Assembly: GCA_043228905.1 (NCBI GenBank)
Contig: JBHGNT010000016.1
Location: 3,410,001 to 3,474,000 of the forward strand
Reading direction: 5' to 3'
From: Azolla caroliniana
Taxonomy: Eukaryota > Plantae > Polypodiophyta
Length of the DNA: 64,000 nt
The position numbers were made by a program, and so were the translations under genes. Shown piece by piece: positions 28,042 to 40,700 of the stretch (positions within the stretch are counted from its first letter, which is position 1; each line of letters opens with the position of its first letter). Under the pieces are notes generated by a model. The model did no database searches. It saw nothing but the letters and a program-made list of their open reading frames with translations, and was not told the DNA's origin.

Positions 28042-28316
28042 AACTAACATAAGTGCATGCTTACTGGAGGTTAATATGTTCCTTTTTACAAGTCATTTCA
28101 CTTTATATAAGAGATTCCAAGAGCAGTAACCAAGCAAAGACAAAATGGTCTTTCCTGTCCACGTTTTATTTAAGTGATTTTAGGACTAACGGTATATCAA
28201 AATATAGATAGTGACATGATTTTAACTCAAGCCACCAATCTTAGTTAACCTGCTAAAACATAACCGCTGAAGAGACAGAAAATACAAAGAGATTTTGTGA
28301 AGTACATTATTTACAT

Positions 28317-31300
28317 TTAGGCTATCAAAATTGATCTAACTGTCCTTATGAAATCACACTCCAAACCGCCGATGCAACTCATATATTGCTGTGAATGATG
28401 TGCATTCAGCTTCAAAAGGGCCACCTCAAAGTCCCGTTCATCCAACCCTAGAATAAACCCCACTAGCCAGGATTAACATACAGTAGAAGCATAGGTAACT
28501 AATTGGTTGAGATATATGGAACATTCATGAATTCGCTTTCCCCAAACCCCCACTGCTTCTCCAAATGCCCTTGGCCAGCCCCTCTCAAGGAAATTATATG
28601 GTCATTTTCCCTTTTTTCTAACTTTGTGTTGTGTAAGCCATCTTGCTGGGGGATTGACCAGGGGTGTTTAGGGAAATAATGAAAAAAATATTGAGATTTT
28701 CCCGGTTGTGTATTGTAATGATCCAAAAGAGGAACAATATATAAATTACAGGATACACACATACCAGCATCTTGAGCCAAACTGAGGAGAGATGACGTTT
28801 CCTCAAGTCCATCTACTTTGAGATTGGGGATGAGATGCAAATGCTTTGCTGAATTCTTTGTACCTGTATCAAGCTCTGGAGTAGCACCTACCCACACTCC
28901 TCTCATTTCCCTACATCAATCATAACAATCAATAACTTTAATGTTACAAACCCAACCGATATTTAGTACTTATTCAATTTCTCACTCACATAAATCATTA
29001 ACCATGATCCAACAGTTGCAAGGAGCAGTGCGCCCTCTGAAGACCCTTACATATATTCTTATCTATGTCTCCAGAACAGACAAGGAACGGACTTCTAATA
29101 CACGGAAGTATTTGAATTGATAATTCGAGATAATATATAATGAAACTTTAAATTTGACAACATACAAGTTTGTGAATATGATGCATTCAAGACAAAAAAT
29201 AGGAAATTATAAACATGATACCCATATTTATATTCTTATACATGCCTCCAGAAGAGTACATGAATAGACTTTTAACACACGATGAGTTATACATGTCTCC
29301 AGACGAGTACATGAATTGACTTTTAACACACGATGAGTCTTCGAATTGATAATTGGATAAAATATATAATAGAATCACGAATTTGATACAACATACAATT
29401 TTGTTAACATGATGCATTCAGGACAAAAATAAGAAAATTATAAACATGCTTTTGATTTGATATATTGAGATTTAATGCTTGATTTTTTCAAATATCAATA
29501 TACTTAGCTAGAAGGTGATTCACTGATCTCAAGATCAAAGATATTAAAGGTTCTCTCTATTTATCAACCTTTTTTTCCAAATACCGGTAAGCTTCTTGAA
29601 TTGAATAATATACCTCATGAAAAGTTGTGCTGCTTGTTTACTGTATCCTGGAAGGTTTTCCAACTCTCTTTTGAGTTCAAGATAGCTTGATATGTGTTTT
29701 AATGAGCAAACTCCACCGGGCACAGCATTTGCAATTTTGAGAAGATGTGATCCCCTCATTAACACGAAAAAACAAGATTATAGACACCAAAATATTAATC
29801 TGGAACCCAAGAAATTTAGGTTAGGAATACCTATAATCCCCGATCGTGCTCTCAAACACATCCTCCAGCTCACTTTTGTTTGCAACTAGCACATCCTGTA
29901 TCTTTGAAATTCCCATAATTTGGAGCTTCTGTTCATGCATATCATTTAATTTGAGATCTTTTTTATGAACCAAAACAAAACTAATTTTCAAGAACAATAT
30001 CATAACCACCATACAACATCTATGCTATCTTCACTATGGCCAGAAAAATTAATATGTAATTTCAAGGACCGCTATATTATTCCATCTTTCATTTAAGTTG
30101 ATATAAATCAGCCTCTAATGAATGGCCTTTCGTTTCTATCATGCTCTGTATTTATCACTCTATCATAACTAGCAAATCCAGTTGCATCGGTGTAATCTTA
30201 TTGAATCATAAAATCAGACACCAAAAAAGATATTACTCATTTGAAAATTACGTAAAATGATCCCAAATCCACTAATGTACAGTAGTTAACAAAATTGATA
30301 TGAATCTATAGAAAAAAGTTCTCATTAAAAGGTCTCAACATGTATTTCTCCAAAAGAAGGAAAAGAACACATTCCCGGGAATATGCATGGCATCTTTTGC
30401 ATGTTGCAGATTAGACCATCATAACGAACCTTTTTCTAACAAAAGATAATTATCTTATATGACATATTACATTTTCTTAATGCTGCAAAGGGACTAGCAT
30501 GACATATTTCATTTTCTTAATGCTGCAAAGGGACTAGCATGACATATTTCATTTTCTTAATGCTGCAAAGGGACTAGCATGACATATTTCATTTTCTTAA
30601 TGCTGCAAAGGGACTAGCATGACATATTTCATTTTCTTAATGCTGCAAAGGGACTAGCAGGGCAGCAAGCAATGAGATAAAAAAATTATGATGCTTAAAT
30701 CTATTATAAGAAATAGGTATTTCACTTTGAAGTCAAACAATACTTAATTCATCAAAATGCCAAAGATGAATAAAGGTGTAGTATTTTGCTTAATTCCAAC
30801 CTTGAACAGGAGCTTTACTTTCTCAATATCTGATGGATAACTCAGGAATGTGGTAGCCAAGAACCACCTCTCCACTTCAGCATCATTACTGTCAACATAG
30901 ATTCCCAACTCCTTGGAAAAACGCCCTCCAACCTTCTTTACAAGTTTGCGTGCAACCTGCACAGATTCTGGATAAAAAATCACATTCTTCCAGGTGAACA
31001 ATTTGAAATCCAGATGGTGGAAATAAAAGTATATTCCTATACCTCTAGACACATGAATGAGAAACTCTATATTATATCACTTCCATGTTTATGCGTACAA
31101 GGCAGAAGTGACAGAAATCAAGCTTTGAAAGACAAACATCACACACTGGAAGAAAAGAGGCATTTAGCTGGCAATTCATACCACCCAGCAAAAATCATCC
31201 TGTTTGACTAGGGAGGGGGATGGTAGCTTTTTGCTGATACAGAAGATGGTCAATCTTCCTTCATGCCATGGAATGGAGGATATGCCCTCCCCCCATTCAA

Positions 31301-34300
31301 TGAGGATAAGTAAGAACTGCTAGGCACCAGGTGTTCCCTCCCTTTCTCATTCCTTGTTCTCCATTAGCTTCTAGCCTGTGATCTGAACAATGAATATTAA
31401 ATTCATGAATTACATAGGCCTTGTAAAGCTTCTTTTGGGTCCCATAGGTCATATATCTGGCCTTCCAGGACATTAAGAGTATTATAATAATAATAAATTC
31501 TTATTAGGAAACTAATTGTCGACGATCGGATTGGGGCTTACTATAGTGGTAACTAATGACAGAGAATTAGGGTTCAATTCTGGAGAGAGAGCCTGAGAAA
31601 CTACAACAACATCCAAGAAATGCAGCAAGTGTGCAAATTGCCCAATCCTGACACATGAGGCTTTCACAAATAACAATATTGGGCTTGCACAATCCAAGTT
31701 CCTTAACAAGGATTTATTGGAGACAAGTCTGGTGCAAGCAACACTTTTTCAGCAAGAGCACTGGAATGCCTATGAGGCCCACCATCTGTATGCAATACCT
31801 AAGAGACCTGCCTCACGAATATGTAATCCCTAAGAACACATTCCAAACCAATTGCATCAATATTCACCTCTTCCACGTGCTTCAAGTGGCATATTGCAAT
31901 TGGGAACCTCATCAAACAGCTGGAAATAGAGAGGCAGATACATGCATAAATCTGGAAGATCACATATGTGAACTGTATAATCAACAGATAAGTTAAAACT
32001 TATAACCAGGATATTGTTACGAGCATGACCATAACCGTAGCTCTTTGACCTTAGGGTTAGGTGTGAGCTAATTCATATGGAATGATGGTAAGGGTTGAGT
32101 TATTCTCAATCCTACAATGGGAGATAACTTTAGAGAGTTTCATCACTTGACCACTTATAATAAAGCAGTCACGTGTGAAATAAACAAGAGCCTAGGGTTT
32201 GAGCCTATATAAGAAGGCTAGCTACCATCGTGGAGGGGATCATCTTTATTATTATTTGTGTAGCAAAGCTCTAGCTTCATTCACATGTTCCTCCATCAAA
32301 CACAAGTTATGATCCATGTCCAAACTTCCTCCTTAATTTTATTTTAGTTTCTTACATATATGTTAAGGAAGTTTTATTCATTTCTTCAAGTTATCTTCAA
32401 AATGGGGAGATGTAACATTGTGAGGTCTCATAAGCCATTTGGGCCTTATAATAAAGGCAACGATACTAGTGAAGAAACAAAGTGATGAAACTGGTAAAAA
32501 ACAAAGTGTCGACCAATCTTATGGAGGAACAAAGAAAAAAAATTGCTCCATATATGTTTGAATTTCCACCTACGAGAAAGCAAGATACTCTGTGAGCCTC
32601 CCCCTCTCATTGTACTATGGGAGACCCATGTTCCATTCATAAGAAACGGGAATATAAAATGCTCTACATTATAAAACAAATAAAAGACAAGTTCTGACTC
32701 TGATAAACGAAGTTGCTGCAGGATACCAGTCTCCGGAAGACAGATAAATATACTCATCACCTACGGCTTGGTACTCACAAAGTTTGGTATCACTCGACTA
32801 CACAGAAATATACATTCTGTGCATTTTACAATACATGTTTTATGCATTTTTTATAAACTGTGACAGACATACATATTACCTTTTCTTAACATGTCTATCG
32901 GCTAATGTGCAGCATATTATGATACATTCTCTCACCTGGTAATAATGAAAACTCATGCTGCTCACATCTTAATGGTTAATCCAGCTTAAAATCTAAAAAA
33001 CCTAGGCCTACTAGGACTTCCATCTCAAAGAGCATTTTCTTTGCAGGGCTGAAAAATGAACAAGAATAATTCATACAGCTCCCCTACACTAATTAAAGAG
33101 AAGTACCTCGATTGCAGCTTCTGTATGGAGAGGGGTCAAAGTTTGTGATCCGAGAATGGATTGATCAATAACTCCTGCGAAAGTATTATCATCTCTGGGT
33201 TCTGGAAGTGTTGGCTCATTACTATTATTAAACCTCCGTAAGAAATAGGATGCAGAGGATGGAGTTCCCTCGTGCGATTTACTAATATTGCTACCTCCAG
33301 GTGTCTTATATATAACCTTTCTGCTCAAAGTGCTGATGCTATGAAGTCCAGAAGAAGGTGTTGCAGAAGGTGTTACAGGAGATTCCAAAGGGGCCAATGT
33401 GGAAGTCATCCCATTACCTGTAAAAATACAATAAGAATTTGCAAGCACTGCATGACTTGATCTCTACAACTCAGTAAACATGACTAAGCTATTATAAACA
33501 AATTCAAGTTAACACGCAGAGAAGAAAAAAGATAGGAGGTGGAATTCTGGTTTACAGAGGATTTCTAACTGTATCAATCTTCAAAACTCCGCAAACATAC
33601 TACAAGAGACTTCTAAACCTCCACAGCAGGAGTAAGACACAGGCCTATTTTGAACTTGGAGTTGATGAATACATTAACATTTTCAAGAACGTACTGATCT
33701 CCAAAAAATTAGTTACAGAAGAACTTGCAAGAGTTAAATGCTTAATCTACACAAAACATAGATCTAAAAAGATGTAACAACCACCATTTAACTCTCCAAA
33801 ACATAGAGAAACATAAGAACTTACAAAAATATAAGCTCGGAAATCTTGCGAATTCAGTGAACATAAGAACTTGTGGAGAAAGGATTAACATTCTAAACTT
33901 CATTGAATATAAGTACTTGCAAGAACCACGGGTTTAAATTCTCTGCCTCTAAAATGTATGTGGCTAGAGAGAAAATAGGGAATTTTGTTAGCTTGTTTTT
34001 AAGATAAAATAATGTACAACGTAAGTACTGAGATAATGCACGTGGTAACCATAATGACTAGTTAGTTAAAGAAGAGATACTATTTTCATCAGAATAACGA
34101 TAGTGAAGAATTAATTAGAGAAAATATTTTCATCAGCCTAATAATCTCCACTGGTTTCACTCCTAACCAAAGCCACTAATTAACAATGGCCACTTCTAAT
34201 TCTCTCAATTATGGTATAATGCTTAATCCATAATTTCACCATAAATTAAGCTTCAATATAATATGCTTAATCCATAATGACCATAAATGAAGCTTCAATC

Positions 34301-35082
34301 TTGAAAATTTACAGCAGACTAACTTTCTAATGAGAGAACTGCCGCTAATTAAATCTCATGATTAGCAAAAATGGCCAGTAACGAGCGCCAGGGTTTTTCA
34401 GACAGACATATAACACTAAAAAGGACAGGCAAATAACCTAGAAGGCTGACGAAACAAAGCAGAAGTAGGATTTAATATTTACGGGGAGATGGAGAACGAA
34501 TAACAGAGAAAACAGTCCCGAAACAAGAAGAAAGCAGCAAATGTTAGAGGGTATATGTAGCATAAACCAGAGATAGACAGAAAACAGTACAGCAAAAGAT
34601 AAAACATAGCATAGAAAAGTGTCAAAATAAGGACAGGGAAGGAAAATACATAAATTGCACAGAAATACAGACGAGGGATATCACTTACCTCTGTCGATGA
34701 GTTCGGATGGTGTTGCAAGAATATTGCGAGCTGTAGATGAGGGTACAGAAAGTTTCCTTTTATATAGCCGTGGAGAAAATGAGGATGGTGAAGGGTAAAT
34801 AAGAGGCCCATACATGAAAGAATCGGATGTAAGGAACTCCATGAAAGCTCGCACCATAGAACGGATCTTGTTACGAAGCACGAGCTTCTTCTTCTTGAAG
34901 AAGACGAACGAAGCCGAAGGATTGCTGTTCCGTTTCTTAGAGGAGGAGGAAGAAGGAGACAGTTTGGAGTTGGTGCCAGCTCTGGGGATACAGGTGCGGC
35001 CATGGTCAGATGCGGCGGATCGCTGATATTCCTCCTCTTCGGCAGCGATGGGATGCAAACGAGGGGGTGCATACTTCACCAT
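28317..35082 (-). CDS. Uncharacterised 458-aa protein: Ser/Pro-rich N-terminus plus a prokaryote-like HhH (EndoIII/HhH-GPD superfamily) domain
   Basis: Exons 35082-34689, 33417-33107, 30956-30801, 29928-29831, 29754-29614, 28910-28765 and 28447-28317 total 1377 nt in one open frame with consistent phases. The C-terminal domain reads GGRFSKELGIYVDSNDAEVERWFLATTF...LENLPGYSKQAAQLFMREMRGVWVGATPELDTG...HLHLI...GLDERDFEVALLKL...SCIGGLEC. Confidence 0.85.
30459..30658. repeat. Minisatellite, 5 x 40 bp
   Basis: atgacatatttcattttcttaatgctgcaaagggactagc is repeated head-to-tail with one mismatch in copy 1 and no spacers. Confidence 0.97.
31516..31741 (+). pseudogene. Decayed 18S rRNA gene fragment
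   Basis: gagaattagggttcaattctggagagagagcctgagaaac...catccaagaaatgcagcaagtgtgcaaattgcccaatcctgacac...ttattggagacaagtctggtgcaagca follows the conserved eukaryotic SSU sequence (GGAGAATTAGGGTTCGATTCCGGAGAGGGAGCCTGAGAAAC...GGAGGGCAAGTCTGGTGCCAGCA). It carries many C>T and G>A changes and an internal deletion. Confidence 0.88.
32015..32417 (+). mobile_element. Solo-LTR-like element, about 403 bp
   Basis: Begins tgttac and ends gtaaca (TG..CA inverted termini), with an internal TATA (cctatataag, about 32204). No intact TSD is visible. Confidence 0.5.
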
Positions 35083-35089
35083 AGCTTCG

Positions 35090-35340
35090 CTTAGGGTTAA
35101 TCTTAGGGTTTGATTGCTCAGGCTTTAGCGAATTTGCTGTGTGTCTGCAGGTAGGTAGGTGTTGCTCAAACCCTAACCAGATCTCTGTGTGATAGGCGTC
35201 TGTTTTCTGCATCACCCCCTCTACGTGTTCACCATGCATGAAGAGAGAGAATTTGGACGCCCATTGGTCAATCATATGGCCACCCGCCCGCCCAAACCCC
35301 ACTCGTTCGGTCGATCCGGCCAGGCCCACTCGGTTTGTCC
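35090..35340 (-). promoter_or_regulatory. Telo-box and site-II-like promoter elements of the 458-aa gene
   Basis: ttagggttt (about 35103), aaaccctaa (about 35168) and aggcccac (about 35322) lie in a GC-rich island upstream of the ATG at 35082. Confidence 0.5.
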
Positions 35341-37229
35341 GGCTTGAGACCAGAAGGAAGGTCACGCACCAACAGGGTGCCCACACCCGCCACCGGCCAT
35401 CACGCCATTTACGGGCATCTCGTAGTAAAAGCCCTTCGGTCCACCGTATAGTAGTTTACACCATTCAGTGCACGTGTAATCAACTTCACAAATTCGGTCA
35501 CAACCTTGTAAGTTCGTTTGAAAGCTTGGGAATGGACGAGGTCGATTAGGTTTTCATACTGCCTTTAGGAATGGACAAGCATGATTGAATCACGAAAGTT
35601 GAAATGGCGGCATAGTGGCACACAGTGTCAACCTATTTAAAGTCGTCGTGTGCCATGATTGTTGTTGTCGAGTAATCAAATTCTCTCGACTATATTGCAT
35701 GATTTATTGAGTAATATAGAAACATTAGTGCTTCTATGGTGTGTTGATTTGGATTGCCTATTCAAATCTATTGCGTAGAGTTGTAATATATATTCATATG
35801 TGCTACTTTGCTATATTGTTATAAATCTTTGTAGTATTTGCCATAGCACGTGTATGGTGTGCACAATAAGTCATAGGCTAGAAGGACATGGAACAAAAGA
35901 GTTGAAGGTAGGGCATTGTTTTGAGTTGTCTTGCCCTTCCAACAAGAATCCTGTAAGAGGTGGGAAGACGATGAAGATGCTTTGAAATAGTGTGAGCTAA
36001 TCTAGCCCTTTGTGTAGTGTAATGGATTGTGCACATAAGCATATATTGTGCATTTATGGAAAGCAAGATAGCCACTATCCATGCAAATCAACACTCACAA
36101 TGGAAATCTAGGACTATGGGAGACAATATCGTTAATCACATGGTTAGGCACGAGAATGATGACATTTCATAGTGCATCGATTTCAGCACCACAAAACCTA
36201 ATGGCTTTTTTCCATCCTTAATGGGTTTCAAGTGTCAAAAGGGTTGTGGTTGTCCTACTTTAGTTTATCCCAATAGAAGATTAGGTATTCCAATGCATAT
36301 TTCCCAAATGTACCCAATTGTTAACTATCTCAAAATGATTGTAGGAGTTCATTGGACCATATAGGGGTAGGTAAATCACAAATCCGGTGTAGGTTGCGAG
36401 TGCGGTACCAAATCAATGCAAACTTTGAACTTTGAATAATAAACTGACCCTAAAATGGGGGAAAAGGGCCAACTAATGACACAATGGGGGATTGACTTCA
36501 TTGTTGAGATTTGAGAGGGGAACAACCCCCGGGTTACCAACTAAGGGTCCTAAATGGCCGCTCAATGGTAAAGGAAAGGACCACTGATTTCTAGTTGATA
36601 AAAATTTCAATATACACCATATTATTGAATTTGGTTGATTGTGATAGATGGTCATATGACTAGCTTGCCATTATCATATTCATGGAAACCACTACATGTC
36701 TCAAATTGTACACAATAGCCACTTATGATGTTAGGTACATGTTTTTATGATGCCTATAGATAGTGGAGATTGGAGTGGTCTCATATATTTGCCCTACTTA
36801 AATTAAGTTTTAAGGTCGTCATGCTTCGATGTGTGGGAGAGTTGTATATTGATAGAATAATTTTTAGAAAGAGATAGAAAAATCATTGTTATCTCCTACC
36901 TTTAAAAGCCAAATATGGCATGTGGGGCCAAAGCGAAACATTTTCACTTTCTTCCTTTTGAAATTTCACTCTCTTCTTAAATGAAGCCAGGCATGAAGGG
37001 CAACTTTTCAAGCTTGTCGAGAGGCATGTGGGAACTCTCTTCTTATCGTTAAAAGGACTTCAATACAAACAATATAATCGTTGATCGCAGCGTTTCAAAC
37101 TAACAAAGAGGCACGATCCCTTTCAAACATCATAAACAATCTTCAAAAATTTCTCGTGAAGTTGCTTGCGACCAAAATACACCCTCGATTTTCACAAAAC
37201 TCTTAACACCCTCAACAATGTTTTCTTTT

Positions 37230-37232
<3 letters not shown>

Positions 37233-37282
<50 letters not shown>

Positions 37283-37300
37283 CCCCCCCCCCCCCCCCCC
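37233..37300. repeat. (CT)n plus poly-C tract upstream of the PDC E2 gene
   Basis: Read directly. Confidence 0.95.
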
Positions 37301-37707
37301 TTTTCTCAAAATACAATTGCCAGCCCAACAACTTCTCACCCTCGGGATCACGAGAGATAGTTAAATCAATTGTTGTATTAGTATCAAGGGGGGAGCAGGA
37401 GCCCACGGAAGAGGAGCGAATGCAGGTCCTTCAGGTGCCCCAAGACTCGAGAAAGAGAAACCAGACTTAGTTAGTTAGTAGTTACCAAACCCAACAACCA
37501 CACGAGAGAGAAAGATGTGTGTGAGAATGGGAGGGGTATTTTGGGAATTTCAAGAAATAGCAGGGGAGGAGGAGGAGGAAGGGGCTATTTTCGTAATTTG
37601 TATTACAATTATTTCTTTTTTTCGATAATACCCTTCCCCCTTCGTATGCTCTGTTCTTCTTCTTCTTCTTCTTCTTCTTTCTTCTTGTTCTGTCGTCATC
37701 CATCGCC

Positions 37708-40700
37708 ATGGCGAGATTGCGCAGCTGCAAGCTTCTCACAGCGCCTCTGTGGTACTCGACCCCCCGAAGCCACTCCGCAGGGATTGGTACGAAGCTACCC
37801 CTCTCCTACGGTATCTCGATCCGATCTCTTTTTCCTTTGCTTCTTCCATTTAATAAGTGCTTCAGAGACTGTTGTAAAGTTAGTTTTTTTTCTTTCTCTT
37901 TTTCATATTTTCTTCTTTTCTTTCCGCATTATCCCTTCATGGAAGAAACATATCTTTCAGAGAAACCACGTCTCTCAGATTTCGTTGTACCGTATAGTGT
38001 TGTGAAGTTTCGGTTCTGCCAAAGATGGTTGCGATCTATTTAATCATTTTCCAGTGCATAAATATAACTAATTTTACTGTCTCACATTTCCTTTGACCAA
38101 TCAAACACATACTACCCGTGAGAGAAACCATAGCTCTCCGATTTCTTGTATACTTAATGCGTCAGTGAAGCTTTGTTTTTACAGCATATGGAAATATATG
38201 GTCCGATCCATGTCTTTCCTTTCCCAATGGATGAATATTCAAAATTTGCAGGTTTTTACTGTCACAAATCTTTCAATGGACAAAATTGATCCATGTCCTT
38301 AAGTCTCAGATTCATCTCATTATCTAAAGTACTCGCTGAATTTTGAAATTGCCTGCTGGAAATAACTGTAAAAAGGACCAAAATCCTAGATATATATATA
38401 AAATCTCCTGGTATCCCCTATAATTTGTATTAGTTTTTCATAATTTCCCACCACTTCATGGATGGAAAGGAAAATTTTCCAATCACTGTTGTTGAAGGTT
38501 ATGGTATAACTAGAGATACAGTGCTACTGCAAATTTACTTTATACTTTAGCTGGTGTGGCCCATGTCATATTTATATATCTAGTGGTAATGAAACTTCTT
38601 GTTTGGGATTTAAGGACCCAAAGTTTGATATACTTGTCCAATTTTTCTTCCTGTACACTATCTCTAATATTTGGGCTCAAGTGAAAAATTTCTGAGGAGT
38701 AAGTTATGGTTTATTCTTCCCTGGACATAGGGTTTTTTTCTTAACATCTATGCGTTGTTTTGTGTACCATCATTTTCATGCAGGTCCATTTATTTTCGTT
38801 TGTTTTTCAAGACAATAACCCATAAATATATTAGTTCTACTTTTTCTTTTATTCACAAAAACTCAATGAATGATACACAAATATACATGCAGGAATATCA
38901 ATACACAAAATTGTAGTCATGAATGCTGTCTTGGCATAAACAGCTTTTCTTTAATGATGATTTATGCAGAGCTAAAAGCAGTTGTGAGAAACTATACCTC
39001 ATTGACTCAGTTGACTGGAGCATCGGTAGGGAGAGATTGCACCAACTTTCTTAAAGGTACACACTGCATTAGTATATTCACGTTTTATTCTGTTGAAATG
39101 TAGCATTGAACTGCGAGCTTATGAAGTAGTGGCTATGACTGTTACAAAACGATTATGCCCTGTACATTTTTAAAAAATTTCAGAGTTCTATTAGTAATTA
39201 TGAATATAATTTCATCTTTCTTTCATGAATATCATTGCATTAGTCTTCCGTGAATAGTACTGCAACACCCTTTTCTAGCATCAAAGTTATATTTATGGTT
39301 ATGCCACCTCCTTAATGTAATGCTACAAATGCTTGTCTAAATGAGCACTATTTTATATGCAATTTCCTGATTTGTTCATATGTACTTTATGTCAATAGGA
39401 AACAGAAAGTTACTCTTTGTCTATTGATATAAGTTTAAGGGTTTATTAACTAGGTAATTAAATCTCTAGGGTTTCTCAATGTTGAAGACAAACAAAAGAT
39501 GCAACCTCCAAAGATGATTAAAATATTTGGTTTCTGAGTTGAAATGTAGAATATTTAATGAACTTTCTTTCAACAGATTATCGCATCCAACGATCTATTT
39601 GTCCACCGAGTCTTTTCGCAAGCTTGAGAGTGATCTCCTCAACAGCAGGTGAACTGATGGAGGTGGCTCAATGATTAACATCAAGTGAATAAATTGCTCA
39701 TATACAAATATGTTCTCCAGTAACAACATGGATTAATGTAGTTTACATGTATAAATCAAATTATTTTGTCTGAATCCAGCTTGCCAACACCAGGAGATTG
39801 GAATGCCCTCATTGTCCCCAACAATGACACAGGTACAAATATGGCCTATTGTGTATATATGTTGACTGTGCACAATGCCTGTCACACATTTCACTTACAT
39901 GGGTTTGTGAATAGGGAAATATAGCAAAATGGCACAAGAAAGTTGGTGATAAAGTTGCCGCAGGAGATGTGCTTTGTGAAATTGAGACGGTAAAGCTTTA
40001 CTTTCTACAATGACTTTTACCAGTTGAGATATTGGTTCTCTATTTCTCGTCAATAAGTTCACTGTGTTTGATTCTTTTATCCTCAAAGAAAATACATTCC
40101 CATTGTTAATACGTACAGAAATAATTGAAATGATGCTGAGTTGTTCATGTGGATAAATTATGATTCCAGTTGATTTCATCCTGTCTAGAGAGAGATCCAT
40201 ATAAACAAGGGAATTTGTTCTCAGTTGCTTGCTCAATTTACTTGTGCAGTATTCAAATATATGGATAAGATCTATGTTTAACTGCTCCCTTTTTTGAGGA
40301 GGCTATTGATCAAATTCATAGGAATAAGATTTTTTTTGTTCCCTCATTAAATTGCATGATTCAACAATAGCAGATGAAATCAACATGGATCCTTCCCTTC
40401 TTTTGTCCTTGAGGAAGGATCCATCTTGCTTGTTTCCTTGCTTGTGTAGCATATATATAAGTGGATGTTCTATCAGCTTTTGGACATCCAGAATAGTGAC
40501 CACAGAAACTGAGATTCCTATGTGTTGCAACTTGTATATTACCAAGGGGCTATTAATTAAGAGCTTGGGACCATATGCCTAACCCGAAAATGAGGAGACT
40601 AATCCTAAAACCTTACTTATAGACTACGGTACAGCTTCATCAAATGATGATTAATTGGAAGTTTGCTGTTGGCATTACTAGAGAACAAGTCAGGTTTTTT

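Noticed and set aside
30459-30658. CRISPR-like regular repeats
   Set aside because: The units are contiguous with no unique spacers, sit in a eukaryotic intron, and have no cas genes nearby. This is a minisatellite.
31516-31741. Functional rRNA gene
   Set aside because: It is a short fragment with many substitutions in universally conserved positions and no rDNA context.
34479-35072. 197-aa ORF overlapping exon 1 of the chimeric gene
   Set aside because: It is an alternative frame of a GC-rich exon running into intron sequence, with no motif support.
35450-37200. TE-like sequence between the divergent promoters
   Set aside because: No TIR, TSD or coding motif could be pinned down.
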